A DNA stretch of 64,000 nucleotides, from assembly GCA_020720815.1 (NCBI GenBank), contig DYNY01000002.1:5980-69979 (forward strand). Direction: 5' to 3'. How positions within the stretch are numbered: the stretch's first letter is position 1; each line of letters opens with the position of its first letter. This document shows positions 1 through 9,354 of this stretch, one piece after another. The notes below the pieces were generated by a model, which made no database searches, was not told the DNA's origin, and saw nothing but the letters and a program-made list of their open reading frames with translations. The position numbers were made by a program, and so were the translations under genes. The stretch is from Candidatus Elulimicrobium sp. GTDB lineage: Bacteria > Patescibacteriota > Minisyncoccia > Phycocordibacterales > UBA918.

Positions 1-453
1 ATTTTTCATCGCCTCTTGTAGCAAGAGCCAAAGGGCTCGTTTGTCTTTTTGCAAAAGTACGTCCGCCAATTGAAAGGGATTGAAGACTTCACCTCCTTCA
101 TTTTTGTATTCAGTAATAGACGTGGCGTGGGCGGTTAGTATCTTTTTAGGACCAACCAACAGTCCCTTCTCCACGACAATAAACGTCTGGCTAGAACTAG
201 CTAAGTCAGACGCCATGGCTTCCACCTCAGCGGAAAAACCTTCAGCTTGCGATGGCGTATCCAAAACATAAACGTACTTCTCCCCAAAGAGTGAGGTAGC
301 CCCAACCAGACTAGCTAGCTGACCAGGTAAATATGTCTCCGCTTCCACTCGTATTACAACCATAGACGGATCAGTATCTTTAAGTGAATCAAGTTGGTTT
401 GAAAGTGCTTCTCTGACCTTTACTTCATTTGCTCCATAAAAAACAATCAACAT
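1..453 (-). CDS. holA: DNA polymerase III delta subunit (3' end runs off the window)
   Basis: Not in the ORF track. Manual translation from ATG at 453 gives MLIVFYGANEVKVREAL...GATSLFGEKYVYVLD...FNPFQLADVLLQKDKRALWLLLQEAMKN, open to the window edge. The SLFG motif and F.LAD..L..K..AL helix are typical of HolA. Starts 2 nt after the polA stop. Confidence 0.75.
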   Translation of the reverse strand, partial: MLIVFYGANEVKVREALSNQLDSLKDTDPSMVVIRVEAETYLPGQLASLVGATSLFGEKYVYVLDTPSQAEGFSAEVEAMASDLASSSQTFIVVEKGLLVGPKKILTAHATSITEYKNEGGEVFNPFQLADVLLQKDKRALWLLLQEAMKN

Positions 454-455
454 AT

Positions 456-2855
456 TTATCGCTTAGGTCTATCAATTAAATCGGCCCAATTTTTACCCAC
501 CGCCACATCAACTTTAATCGGTACACCATGCGTTTCTTTATTTCGCAAAACTCCCTCCATTAACTCAACCAATTTCGGCACTTCCGCTTCTACCAGCTCG
601 TCTTTTATTTCAAACACTAACTCGTCATGGACCGGTAGTAGCATCCTGACTTCAGCTAACTTCCCCTCACGGACTAGATAGTCATACACCTCGTTCATCG
701 CCACCCGCATCACATCCGCCGCCGTACCTTGAATCGGCGCATTAATAGCCATCCGCTCCGCCTGCGCTTTGATAAAAGGTGCAGAAGACTTAATCCCCGG
801 AAAATGACGTCGGCGACCAAACAACGTTTCGGTGTAGCCATGCTCGCGAGCAAATTCTTTTGTCTCTTCTAGATAATCTGCCAGCCTGGTAAAGGTGTGG
901 AAATAGGCATTTAAAAACGACTGGGCCTCTTCTCGACTGGTGTCTGGACCAAGATTAGTGCGCAGAGCATTAACTCCCATCCCATAAAGAATACCGAAAT
1001 TAATTACCTTAGCCTTCCGACGCATGTCACTGCTTACCTCGTCGGCATTTACCCCAAAGACTCGTATCGCGACCCCCGTATGTACGTCTTCACCGCGCTT
1101 AAAGATATCCAGCATTTTGGCGTCATGAGAAAGAATAGCGGCAATCCGAAGCTCAATTTGCGAATAGTCTATTCCTACCATCGTGTAGCCTGGGGTTGCT
1201 ACAAAAGCGCGCCGAATCGCTTTGCTCTCATCGGTCCTCGTGGGAATGTTTTGCAGATTTGGATCCTTGGAGGACAGTCGTCCGGTCACCGTCCCGGTTA
1301 GCATAAAAGTAGAATGAACTCGTCCATCCTCCCCCACCTGTGTCGGCAAGGTATCGACGTAAGTGGAGACTAATTTTTGTAGTTCCCGGTAACGTAACAG
1401 TGAAACTATTATCGGGTGCACGTCACGTAATTTTTCGAGCTCAGATTCTTTAGTCGACCTTTGTCCGCCGGCGGTCTTCTTCTGATTTTTGGGCTTTAGT
1501 CCTAGAGTATCAAATAGCACCTCCCCTAATTGCTTAGGTGAGTTTATATTAAATTCACTCCCAGCCTCTTTATATATTTCTGTCTGTAACAAAGTTAGCT
1601 CTTGATGCATTTTTACCCCCAACTCCTTTAGATAAGGAATATCGAGTAAGACGCCGTTCTGCTTCAATTCTTTTACCACCTTAATCAATGGTTGCTCAAT
1701 TTTTTCGTAGACCGATTTAAGCTCGCCGGTTTTATCAATCAACTCCTCAAGCCGATTTTTAGTAGCGACAAAATCATTAGTCTGTAAGTAAGCTCGACCG
1801 AAATCAATAATATCAGCTGAAGTAGCATTAGTGCGTTCACTCTCCAAAAGCCAAAGCATAATGCTGGCTTCCAGCAACTCATCTTTCGACATATTCACGA
1901 CCTCAGGTAAAGCTTGAACATCACCAAAAGTTGGTAAATCTAAAACTGTTTTAAGTCTTACACTAAGTGTCCTAAAACCAAGCTCACTAAATAACGAAAT
2001 TATCTTTTCTCTATCAACTGCGTCTTTCCAGTACTGTTCTGGTGGTTTAAAATCTATTGGCACGTCGGTACGAATGGTCGCCAGCATTTTTGAGAAACGA
2101 GCCTCTTCTTCCCCTTCCTTCAAGAGATTAATAATCCTGGGTTTTATTCCTACCTCTAGAAATGTCCCCTCGTCTTTTTTTAGTTTTTTATAAATAGCAT
2201 CTAGGTCACCAAATTTTAGAATCAAATCGGTGCCGGTCTTTTCCCCAATACCAACTATCCCGGGAATATTATCCGAAGTATCACCGCGCAGGCCTTTGTA
2301 ATCTGGCACAAGCTTGGGCGGAAAACCAAAACGCTCCTTGACTGCTTCTTCATCATATAAAATAGTCTCATTGATTCCTTTTTTTAAAGTGTAGACCTGG
2401 ACTCTTTTCCCTTCTACACATTGCATGGTGTCCATATCACCAGAAGCAATCACTACCCCTAGGTCAGTAATATTTTTTGTTTTCAGTGCAATCGTACCTA
2501 AAACATCATCGGCCTCAAAGCCAGGGTTTTCATAAATCGGAATACCGAAAGCGGCGAAGATATCCCGCGAACGAATAATTTGTGCCACTAAAGCTTCGTC
2601 TGTTTTTTCTCGTTTAGCTTTGTAGCCTTCAAAGGCAGTATGACGGTAAGTTGGCTCTGGCAAATCATAACAAGCTACTACATAGTCTGGCTTTAGATCT
2701 TCAATAATTTTAAGCAACATCGCTACCACTCCATAAAGAGCCCCAGTTGGTTCTCCTGATGGAGAGGTGAAATCTGGCAAAGCATGATAAGCACGGTGCA
2801 AGATGGCGTGGGTATCTAATAGAATTAGTCTTTTTTTGTATTTTTGAGTAGACAC
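456..2855 (-). CDS. polA: DNA polymerase I (5'-3' exonuclease + polymerase; proofreading domain vestigial)
   Basis: N-terminal LLDTHAILHRAYHA, EADD and GDTSDNIPG; polymerase motifs DYSQIELR, RRKAKVINFGILYG and VHDEL; 799 aa. Confidence 0.97.
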   Translation of the reverse strand: MSTQKYKKRLILLDTHAILHRAYHALPDFTSPSGEPTGALYGVVAMLLKIIEDLKPDYVVACYDLPEPTYRHTAFEGYKAKREKTDEALVAQIIRSRDIFAAFGIPIYENPGFEADDVLGTIALKTKNITDLGVVIASGDMDTMQCVEGKRVQVYTLKKGINETILYDEEAVKERFGFPPKLVPDYKGLRGDTSDNIPGIVGIGEKTGTDLILKFGDLDAIYKKLKKDEGTFLEVGIKPRIINLLKEGEEEARFSKMLATIRTDVPIDFKPPEQYWKDAVDREKIISLFSELGFRTLSVRLKTVLDLPTFGDVQALPEVVNMSKDELLEASIMLWLLESERTNATSADIIDFGRAYLQTNDFVATKNRLEELIDKTGELKSVYEKIEQPLIKVVKELKQNGVLLDIPYLKELGVKMHQELTLLQTEIYKEAGSEFNINSPKQLGEVLFDTLGLKPKNQKKTAGGQRSTKESELEKLRDVHPIIVSLLRYRELQKLVSTYVDTLPTQVGEDGRVHSTFMLTGTVTGRLSSKDPNLQNIPTRTDESKAIRRAFVATPGYTMVGIDYSQIELRIAAILSHDAKMLDIFKRGEDVHTGVAIRVFGVNADEVSSDMRRKAKVINFGILYGMGVNALRTNLGPDTSREEAQSFLNAYFHTFTRLADYLEETKEFAREHGYTETLFGRRRHFPGIKSSAPFIKAQAERMAINAPIQGTAADVMRVAMNEVYDYLVREGKLAEVRMLLPVHDELVFEIKDELVEAEVPKLVELMEGVLRNKETHGVPIKVDVAVGKNWADLIDRPKR

Positions 2856-2897
2856 TTCCCTACAGTATACTGATTTTTAAGCACCACCGCACTAGGC

Positions 2898-3359
2898 TTA
2901 GGATTTATCTACTTTAGTAATAGTTAGCTCTCTTTCCTCCTGGCTTATGGTTTTGAATTTTAGCAAAAAATGAGCTGGTAGGGCTTTTGCGATTTTTTCC
3001 GGCCACTCAATACAGAACAGTGTCTCCGGACTATTTAATAAATCCCGAAAATGTAAAGGTTCTAATTCCAAGAGTGAATCTATCCGGTAGGCGTCCATAT
3101 GAATTAGCTGTTTAAACTTCGGATGATTAGTTTTATACAACTTAAGAATCGTAAAAGTTGGACTCTGCACCGTATCTTTAACTCCCAGCTCTTGTGCTAA
3201 GGCTTGTACAAAAGTCGTCTTACCAGCCCCCAGCTCTCCAGACAGTCCAATCACCATAGCTTCATTTACAGCATAATTGTTTAAGGCTATATCCGCTATA
3301 AATTTTTGCGCGACTTCAGGTAGAGCGGCTAAATTTTTAATTACCAACTTTTCGGTCAT
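2898..3359 (-). CDS. tsaE: tRNA t6A biosynthesis ATPase TsaE
   Basis: GELGAGKTT, VQSPTF, HMDAYR and IEWPE motifs; start moved to ATG 3359. Confidence 0.95.
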   Translation of the reverse strand: MTEKLVIKNLAALPEVAQKFIADIALNNYAVNEAMVIGLSGELGAGKTTFVQALAQELGVKDTVQSPTFTILKLYKTNHPKFKQLIHMDAYRIDSLLELEPLHFRDLLNSPETLFCIEWPEKIAKALPAHFLLKFKTISQEERELTITKVDKS

Positions 3360-3419
3360 ATAATACAAAATAACATACAGTAATTTTTGGAATCCGTACA
3401 TGTTACAATATTATTTAGT

Positions 3420-5192
3420 ATGATGAATTTTAACGACAACATAACCAACGCTCGTTTAGCTGAACTACGCAGTGAAGAGGAAGAAAAGTTAGTCCAAGCC
3501 ATGGCACCTCAATACGGACTGGAGTATGTAAATCTTCATGGCTACACCTTAAATCCAGAGGCGGTTGCTACTATTCCCGAAAATAAAGCCCGGTCGGCTG
3601 GTATTGTAGCCTTTGATCACTCACACCAAACACTAAATGTGGCTATGAGGAGTCCTAATAACGCTGTCACCTTACAGGTTCTAGATGAAATCCAAACCAG
3701 TAACCGTCTAACTATCATTCCCTACCTTTGTTCTACTGGCAGTCTCGAACATGCCTGGAAACGCTACGCTGATTTAGTTACATCTAAATCCAGCGAGAAG
3801 GGAGTATTCGATATCGACCCACAAGAAATTATTAAGTTTGTTAAAAGCATTAACAAAAAAGAAGACGCTGCGGAAATGATGGATAAGGTAGGAGGCATCA
3901 ACAATGCCAGACGCGTGACTGAGACACTTGAACTGATATTTGCTGGAGCCATTGCTCTTCGCTCTTCTGATATTCATATCGAACCAGAAGAAAAGGTTGT
4001 CCGTCTTCGTTATCGCCTAGATGGTATTCTGTATGACATCTACGACATTGACCGCTACATCTATGAGCGCATGGTGTCACGCCTAAAACTCCTAGCCGGC
4101 ATGACCCTCAACCAAAAACAACAAGCTCAAGACGGTCGTTTTACTTTTAATGCTGGAGACCGCGAAGTAGAAATTCGCGCCTCAGTTATACCTGGCTCAT
4201 CGGGCGAATCTATTGTTATGCGTATTCTTGACCCATCAGTTGCGAGTTTTACTTTAGAAAAAATCGACCTCAGTCCTGTCTTACGCGAAGCGATGATGTT
4301 GGAGTTAAAAAAGCCTAATGGTCTAATAGTGACCACCGGGCCAACTGGTTCAGGTAAGACCACCGCTCTTTACGCATTTTTGCGAGCCTCTCACACTGAA
4401 GGTGTAAAAATTATAACGATTGAGAATCCAGTTGAATATAAACTCGAAGGTATTGTCCAGACCCAAACTGGTGATGATTACACTTTCGCCTCTGGCTTAC
4501 GAGCAGTTCTACGCCAAGATCCCGACATCATTATGGTGGGAGAAATCCGTGACAAAGAGGTAGCCGAGACAGCTATTCACGCCGCCCAGACTGGACACTT
4601 GGTGTTCTCTACTCTGCATACTAACAGTGCGGTTGGTGGCTTCCCTCGTTTGATTGACCTGGGCATAGAACCACGCATCCTCGGCAGTGCTGTAAGTGCC
4701 TTTCTTGGTCAACGTTTAGTCAGACGACTATGTAATGAATGCAAACAAAGCTACCAAGCGTCTGACGCTGAATTTGCTATTCTAGCCCAAATCATGGCCG
4801 GGCACCCTAAACCCGTAATTTTAGAAAAACCCCTCACCTTATATAAGGCCGTCGGCTGTGCAACCTGTAGCGGACAAGGTTACAAAGGCCGGATGGGTAT
4901 CTTTGAAGCAGTATTGATGGATAAGGCAGTGGAAGAGGTGGTGATTAGAGACCCACGCGAACATCTAATTTTGGAAGCAGCCAGACCTCAGGGTATACCA
5001 ACCATGGTAGAAGATGGTGCAGAAAAAGTCCTTAGAGGTGATACAACCCTAGAAGAGCTTGAGCGTGTAATTGAACTTCCAAAAATTAATCCAATATCCC
5101 CTAACACCAACATTCCGCCAAGGACAGGAGCGACTGAAAAACCAACTGATAACAATAATCCTGACTTATTTCTATCGCACGTAGTTAACTAA
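3420..5192 (+). CDS. pilB: GspE/PilB family type IV pilus assembly ATPase
   Basis: SDIHIEP, GPTGSGKTT, LRQDPDIIMVGEIRD, TGHLVFSTLHTN and a CxxC...CxxC zinc motif; N-terminal GSPII domain. Confidence 0.9.
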   Translation: MMNFNDNITNARLAELRSEEEEKLVQAMAPQYGLEYVNLHGYTLNPEAVATIPENKARSAGIVAFDHSHQTLNVAMRSPNNAVTLQVLDEIQTSNRLTIIPYLCSTGSLEHAWKRYADLVTSKSSEKGVFDIDPQEIIKFVKSINKKEDAAEMMDKVGGINNARRVTETLELIFAGAIALRSSDIHIEPEEKVVRLRYRLDGILYDIYDIDRYIYERMVSRLKLLAGMTLNQKQQAQDGRFTFNAGDREVEIRASVIPGSSGESIVMRILDPSVASFTLEKIDLSPVLREAMMLELKKPNGLIVTTGPTGSGKTTALYAFLRASHTEGVKIITIENPVEYKLEGIVQTQTGDDYTFASGLRAVLRQDPDIIMVGEIRDKEVAETAIHAAQTGHLVFSTLHTNSAVGGFPRLIDLGIEPRILGSAVSAFLGQRLVRRLCNECKQSYQASDAEFAILAQIMAGHPKPVILEKPLTLYKAVGCATCSGQGYKGRMGIFEAVLMDKAVEEVVIRDPREHLILEAARPQGIPTMVEDGAEKVLRGDTTLEELERVIELPKINPISPNTNIPPRTGATEKPTDNNNPDLFLSHVVN

Positions 5193-5265
5193 AACCAACC
5201 TGCGATGAAAGATAAAAAACCACTCCGGTCAAGCTGTTTTTTATTGCCACTGTGCTATATTGCAA

Positions 5266-5485
5266 AGTAGTTACCCGGTCCTTCACATTAGTTCCAGAAT
5301 ATAACTCTCTAAGCAAGGCTTCCGCATTGAAAGTGAATACCGCGCTAAGGAAGCATGTAGCACCCTCACTCAAAGGTGAGCGCCACAAACCCCTCGCAAC
5401 GTATTCAAGTTGCTTAGAGAGTTATCGTCTGGAAATTGAGAATCAAAAGAAAAAATGGTAACTACTGTTACCGAGAACAACCTTA
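5266..5485 (-). ncRNA. Candidate rod-shaped structured RNA (6S RNA-like)
   Basis: Nested inverted repeats 5266-5275/5457-5466, 5292-5298/5428-5434, 5301-5316/5410-5425, 5334-5340/5401-5407 and 5365-5369/5376-5380. Inner stems need G-U pairs that work only on the minus strand. A sigma70 promoter points into it. Confidence 0.55.
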
Positions 5486-5492
5486 CTTTTAT

Positions 5493-5520
5493 ATATTAGC
5501 ACAAATAACTTATTTGTCAA
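5493..5520 (-). promoter_or_regulatory. sigma70-type promoter for the candidate ncRNA
   Basis: Minus strand TTGACA-16 nt-TAATAT with an extended -10 TG. Confidence 0.65.
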
Positions 5521-5603
5521 CTACTTTTTTCTCATCTTTCTAATTTGCCCTCATTTTATATAATAAACAAGAAATTAACCCTTTAATTTGCTATTATATT
5601 GTC

Positions 5604-6611
5604 ATGGCAGAAAATACTACTCAGACACCCATAAAACGCGATGAGGCCAGTAATCTTGACCAAGCTCTCCGTCCACAAACTTGGGAAAATTACGTTGGCC
5701 AAGAAAAGATTAAGGAAAATTTACGAATTTTGTTGACCGCTGCCAAGGAACGTGGGCATGCCGCTGAGCACGTCTTACTTTACGGACCGCCAGGACTCGG
5801 CAAGACGACACTTGCCCACCTAATTGCCAAAACCCTCGGTACCAACATGCGCGGAACTTCTGGCCCAGCCATCGAACGAGTGGGTGACCTCGCCGCTATT
5901 TTAACGAACTTATCTCCAGGTGATGTACTATTCATTGACGAAATTCACCGTTTATCAAAGACGATTGAAGAGGTGCTCTACCCCGCCATGGAATCTGGTG
6001 TGCTCGATATTATTATTGGTAAAGGGCCTTCGGCCAGAACCGTCCAGCTCGATTTACCGCCCTTTACCTTGGTCGCCGCGACTACCCGCATATCAATGCT
6101 TTCAGCTCCTTTGCGATCACGTTTCTCCGGCGGTACCTTCCGGTTGGAGTTTTACTCCAGCTCAGAAATAGCTCTAATACTAGAACACTCTACTACCACT
6201 TTAGGTATCTCTGCTGACGCCGATACGATTATGGCTATTGCTGAGCGTAGCAGGGCAACCCCGCGCACCGCCAACTACCTACTCAAACGGTGTCGGGATA
6301 TGGCACAACTTGCTAGTTGTGACCTTACTACCGACATTATCTCTAAAACCTTCACTCTCCTTGGGGTAGATAACTTGGGACTTAACGCGCAAGACCGAGC
6401 CGTGCTTGAAGTTATAATAGAAAAATTTAATGGTGGTCCAGTTGGCCTTAACACCATTGCAGCCGCCACTGGCGAGGAGCAGGCCACGATTGAAGATGTA
6501 ATCGAACCCTACCTAATTCGTCTTGGCTTACTCGAGAGAACGCCACGTGGTCGAGTAGCCAGTAGCGATGGTTACAAACATTTACAAACCCTTACTATAA
6601 ATTCAAAATAA
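5604..6611 (+). CDS. ruvB: Holliday junction branch migration ATPase RuvB
   Basis: LRPQTWENYVGQ, GPPGLGKTT, FIDEIHRL, EPYLI...RTPRGR. Confidence 0.97.
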   Translation: MAENTTQTPIKRDEASNLDQALRPQTWENYVGQEKIKENLRILLTAAKERGHAAEHVLLYGPPGLGKTTLAHLIAKTLGTNMRGTSGPAIERVGDLAAILTNLSPGDVLFIDEIHRLSKTIEEVLYPAMESGVLDIIIGKGPSARTVQLDLPPFTLVAATTRISMLSAPLRSRFSGGTFRLEFYSSSEIALILEHSTTTLGISADADTIMAIAERSRATPRTANYLLKRCRDMAQLASCDLTTDIISKTFTLLGVDNLGLNAQDRAVLEVIIEKFNGGPVGLNTIAAATGEEQATIEDVIEPYLIRLGLLERTPRGRVASSDGYKHLQTLTINSK

Positions 6612-6613
6612 AT

Positions 6614-7153
6614 ATGTCTGGACATAATAAATGGTCAAAAATAAAACATAAAAAGGCCGCTACCGATTCGCAAAAAAGTAGGGTATTTTCTAAACATTCT
6701 AGTCTTATCGCCATGGAATCGCGCAAAGCTGGAGGAGATGTAAATTCGCCAAGTTTATTTGTCGCCATCGAACGAGCCAAAAAAGATTCTATGCCCAAAG
6801 AAAATATTGAGCGAGCCGTGGCCAAAGGTAGAGGTAATGACGGGTCTGAATTACAAGAAGTATTATTTGAAACCTATGGCCCGGGTGGCGTCGCTATGCT
6901 TATTACTGCCATCACTGATAACAACAACCGAACTAGTCAAGAAATTAAACATGCCCTCAGTCACTTAGGATACCAGCTCGGTGGTCCAGGTTCAGCTAGT
7001 TGGGCTTTCACTAAGAAAGACCGTGTCTACACTCCAAATAGCCCCCTAGCCCTCTCTGAAGAAGATGGTGAACAATTGGCTCATTTGGTAGAAACCCTAG
7101 AGGAGCTAGACGACATTCACGACATCTTTACGACAGCTGACGAAGTGAATTAA
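6614..7153 (+). CDS. yebC: YebC/PmpR family protein (short form)
   Basis: MSGHNKWSKIKHKK start, YGPGG and TDNNNRT; conserved position next to ruvC. Confidence 0.93.
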   Translation: MSGHNKWSKIKHKKAATDSQKSRVFSKHSSLIAMESRKAGGDVNSPSLFVAIERAKKDSMPKENIERAVAKGRGNDGSELQEVLFETYGPGGVAMLITAITDNNNRTSQEIKHALSHLGYQLGGPGSASWAFTKKDRVYTPNSPLALSEEDGEQLAHLVETLEELDDIHDIFTTADEVN

Positions 7154-7155
7154 AA

Positions 7156-7647
7156 ATGAACCAGCCTTTACGAGTTTTGGCGATTGACCCTGGTTATGAT
7201 CGAATTGGTTTAGCGATAGTAGAAAAAGACGGTAATAAAGACAAGGTAATTTATTCCACCTGCATTGAAACTAAACGCCACCTAGCCTTTGCTAATCGAC
7301 TTCTGGTAGTTGGTGATTCGGTAGAAAAGGTTCTTGCCGAGTTCGCACCTCAATGTGTTGCAATTGAGACTTTATTCTTTAATAAAAATATTAAAACCGC
7401 TATTGGTGTAGCAGAGGCTCGAGGTATGATTATGTACTTAGCTAAAAAAGCTAAGTGTGAAATTTATGAATATGGTCCACAAGAAATAAAGGTAGCTATC
7501 ACTGGTTATGGTAAGAGTGATAAAACGGCTGTTTTAGATATGGTTAAGCGTTTAGTTAACAACGTCCCAATTTCCGCCCTTGATGATGAATACGATGCGA
7601 TTGCAGTTGGGGTTACCTGCCTTGCACAATACCGCCAGTCTAGGTAA
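7156..7647 (+). CDS. ruvC: Holliday junction resolvase RuvC
   Basis: LAIDPG, AIETLFFNKN, EARG, TGYGKSDK, DDEYDAIAV. Confidence 0.96.
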   Translation: MNQPLRVLAIDPGYDRIGLAIVEKDGNKDKVIYSTCIETKRHLAFANRLLVVGDSVEKVLAEFAPQCVAIETLFFNKNIKTAIGVAEARGMIMYLAKKAKCEIYEYGPQEIKVAITGYGKSDKTAVLDMVKRLVNNVPISALDDEYDAIAVGVTCLAQYRQSR

Positions 7648-7718
7648 AATCGCAGACGGGTTTAGCAGGGTTGAAATTCTTTAATAACTCTGCTAAAACA
7701 ATTCCTAATTAGTAATCA

Positions 7719-7991
7719 ATGAACGTTATGGTATTTTTACGACGCGACGATGAAGAGGAAGAGTTAGAGACCCCTGAAGATGAGGAGGCTACTTTGGCTG
7801 ACGATATTCTTGATGAAGTTGAAGAGGAGGTGGCCGATATCGTTGAACCAGGAGACATTGAGGGATTTGGTTTAATTGTAGAGAGTGGTACCGAAGAGGA
7901 AGAAGAGGAAGAAGAAGATGGTGATGAGTCTCTAGAAGAAGACGCAGAAGATGTTGATTTTGACACTTTTGATGATGTCGATGAAATGTAG
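7719..7991 (+). CDS. Hyper-acidic small protein
   Basis: 45 of 90 residues are D/E; TTGAAA-17-TAAAAC upstream and a terminator directly downstream. Confidence 0.7.
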   Translation: MNVMVFLRRDDEEEELETPEDEEATLADDILDEVEEEVADIVEPGDIEGFGLIVESGTEEEEEEEEDGDESLEEDAEDVDFDTFDDVDEM

Positions 7992-7994
7992 TAA

Positions 7995-8032
7995 AAACGA
8001 AAGGGCCGGCTTGAAAGCCGGCCCTTTCGTTT
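7995..8032. terminator. Bidirectional intrinsic terminator
   Basis: aaacgaaagggccggctt-ga-aagccggccctttcgttt between convergent genes. Confidence 0.85.
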
Positions 8033-8035
8033 GGT

Positions 8036-9277
8036 CTATTTTAAAGTTAGCAAAGAGACATTTTTCTTACCTCGTTTAAGGTGGACCAATTCCCCGTCCT
8101 GATTTTTATCTAACACATAGGCCAGGTCGATAACCTTCACACTGTTTACCGACACCGCTCCACTCTCAACAAATGTTCTAGCTTCTCTTTTACTTGAAGC
8201 TAACCCACTAGTTACTAATGCATCCAATAATGGCATACTATTATCAACGGTGGTAGTTGGAGCATTAGCAAGCAAAATATCTTTTTCGGTCATAGTAAGT
8301 TCATCAATGGCCACATCACCAAATAAATATTTGGTGGCTTTTTCTACATTACTACAAAGAACAGACCCGTGCACAAGAGTGGTTACTTCCTTGGCCAACA
8401 ACCTTTGGGCCTCTCTTTGTCCTAGGTTATTTCCTGACTCTTCTTCAACTTGTAAAATTTGTTCTCTACTCAACAAAGTAAACAGCTTCAAATAATCAAA
8501 CACATTCTCATCAGTCACATTCAACCAAAACTGATAAAAAGCAAACGGTGAAGTTTTCTCCGGGTCTAACCAAACTGCATTACCTTCACTTTTACCAAAT
8601 TTCTTACCAGTACTTTTATCAACAATTAAAGGTACCGTTAAAGCATGTACCTCTGCTCTTTCTACTCGTCTTATTAGATCTACTCCAGCCACCATATTAC
8701 CCCATTGATCTGAACCACCAACTTGTAGCGTACAACCATGCTCTTTAAAGAGAGTCAAATAGTCATATGCCTGTAATAAAGGATAAGCAAACTCGGTATA
8801 AGAGAGGCCGGTTTCAGTAGCTAGTCTTTTAGCAATAGCATCTTTTTTAATTAATTCATTGACCGTGAAGTGTTTCCCGATATCCCGCAAGAATTCGAGC
8901 AAACTCAAAGAAGACAGCCAGTCATAGTTATTAATGAAAGTAATTGAACCAACATCCAAAATTGTTTCCGCCTGTTTTTTAATTTTCTTTACTCTTTCCT
9001 CTACTTCCACTTGACTAGAAAGAACTCTTTCTTTATCTGGCTTTGGATCGCCGATCATACCGGTACCACCACCAACTAAAAAAATTACTTTATGTCCATC
9101 ATTAATAAGGTGTTTCAATAACAACCAAACCACAAAATTACCCACATGGGCTGAATCCGCGGTAGGATCAATACCGTGATAAACCGTCCTTTTCTTATTA
9201 TTAATAATAATTGCTAAAGAGTCAGCTGAAAACTGCCCCACAAAACCACGCCACTGTAATTCTTCCACTAAATTCAT
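8036..9277 (-). CDS. tyrS: Tyrosine--tRNA ligase
   Basis: GIDPTADSAHVGN, QVGGSDQWGN, KFGKS; C-terminal S4 domain. Confidence 0.97.
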   Translation of the reverse strand: MNLVEELQWRGFVGQFSADSLAIIINNKKRTVYHGIDPTADSAHVGNFVVWLLLKHLINDGHKVIFLVGGGTGMIGDPKPDKERVLSSQVEVEERVKKIKKQAETILDVGSITFINNYDWLSSLSLLEFLRDIGKHFTVNELIKKDAIAKRLATETGLSYTEFAYPLLQAYDYLTLFKEHGCTLQVGGSDQWGNMVAGVDLIRRVERAEVHALTVPLIVDKSTGKKFGKSEGNAVWLDPEKTSPFAFYQFWLNVTDENVFDYLKLFTLLSREQILQVEEESGNNLGQREAQRLLAKEVTTLVHGSVLCSNVEKATKYLFGDVAIDELTMTEKDILLANAPTTTVDNSMPLLDALVTSGLASSKREARTFVESGAVSVNSVKVIDLAYVLDKNQDGELVHLKRGKKNVSLLTLK

Positions 9278-9354
9278 AAAAATACTCTAGCACAGAATCA
9301 CCCTAAGTTGTCTAGACAAGTTGTGCTACTATTGGCAATATAAGCATCTATTGT

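Noticed and set aside
5185..5461. ORFs 5185-5388 and 5252-5461
   Set aside because: They overlap the long inverted-repeat structure and have no protein motifs; better explained as ncRNA
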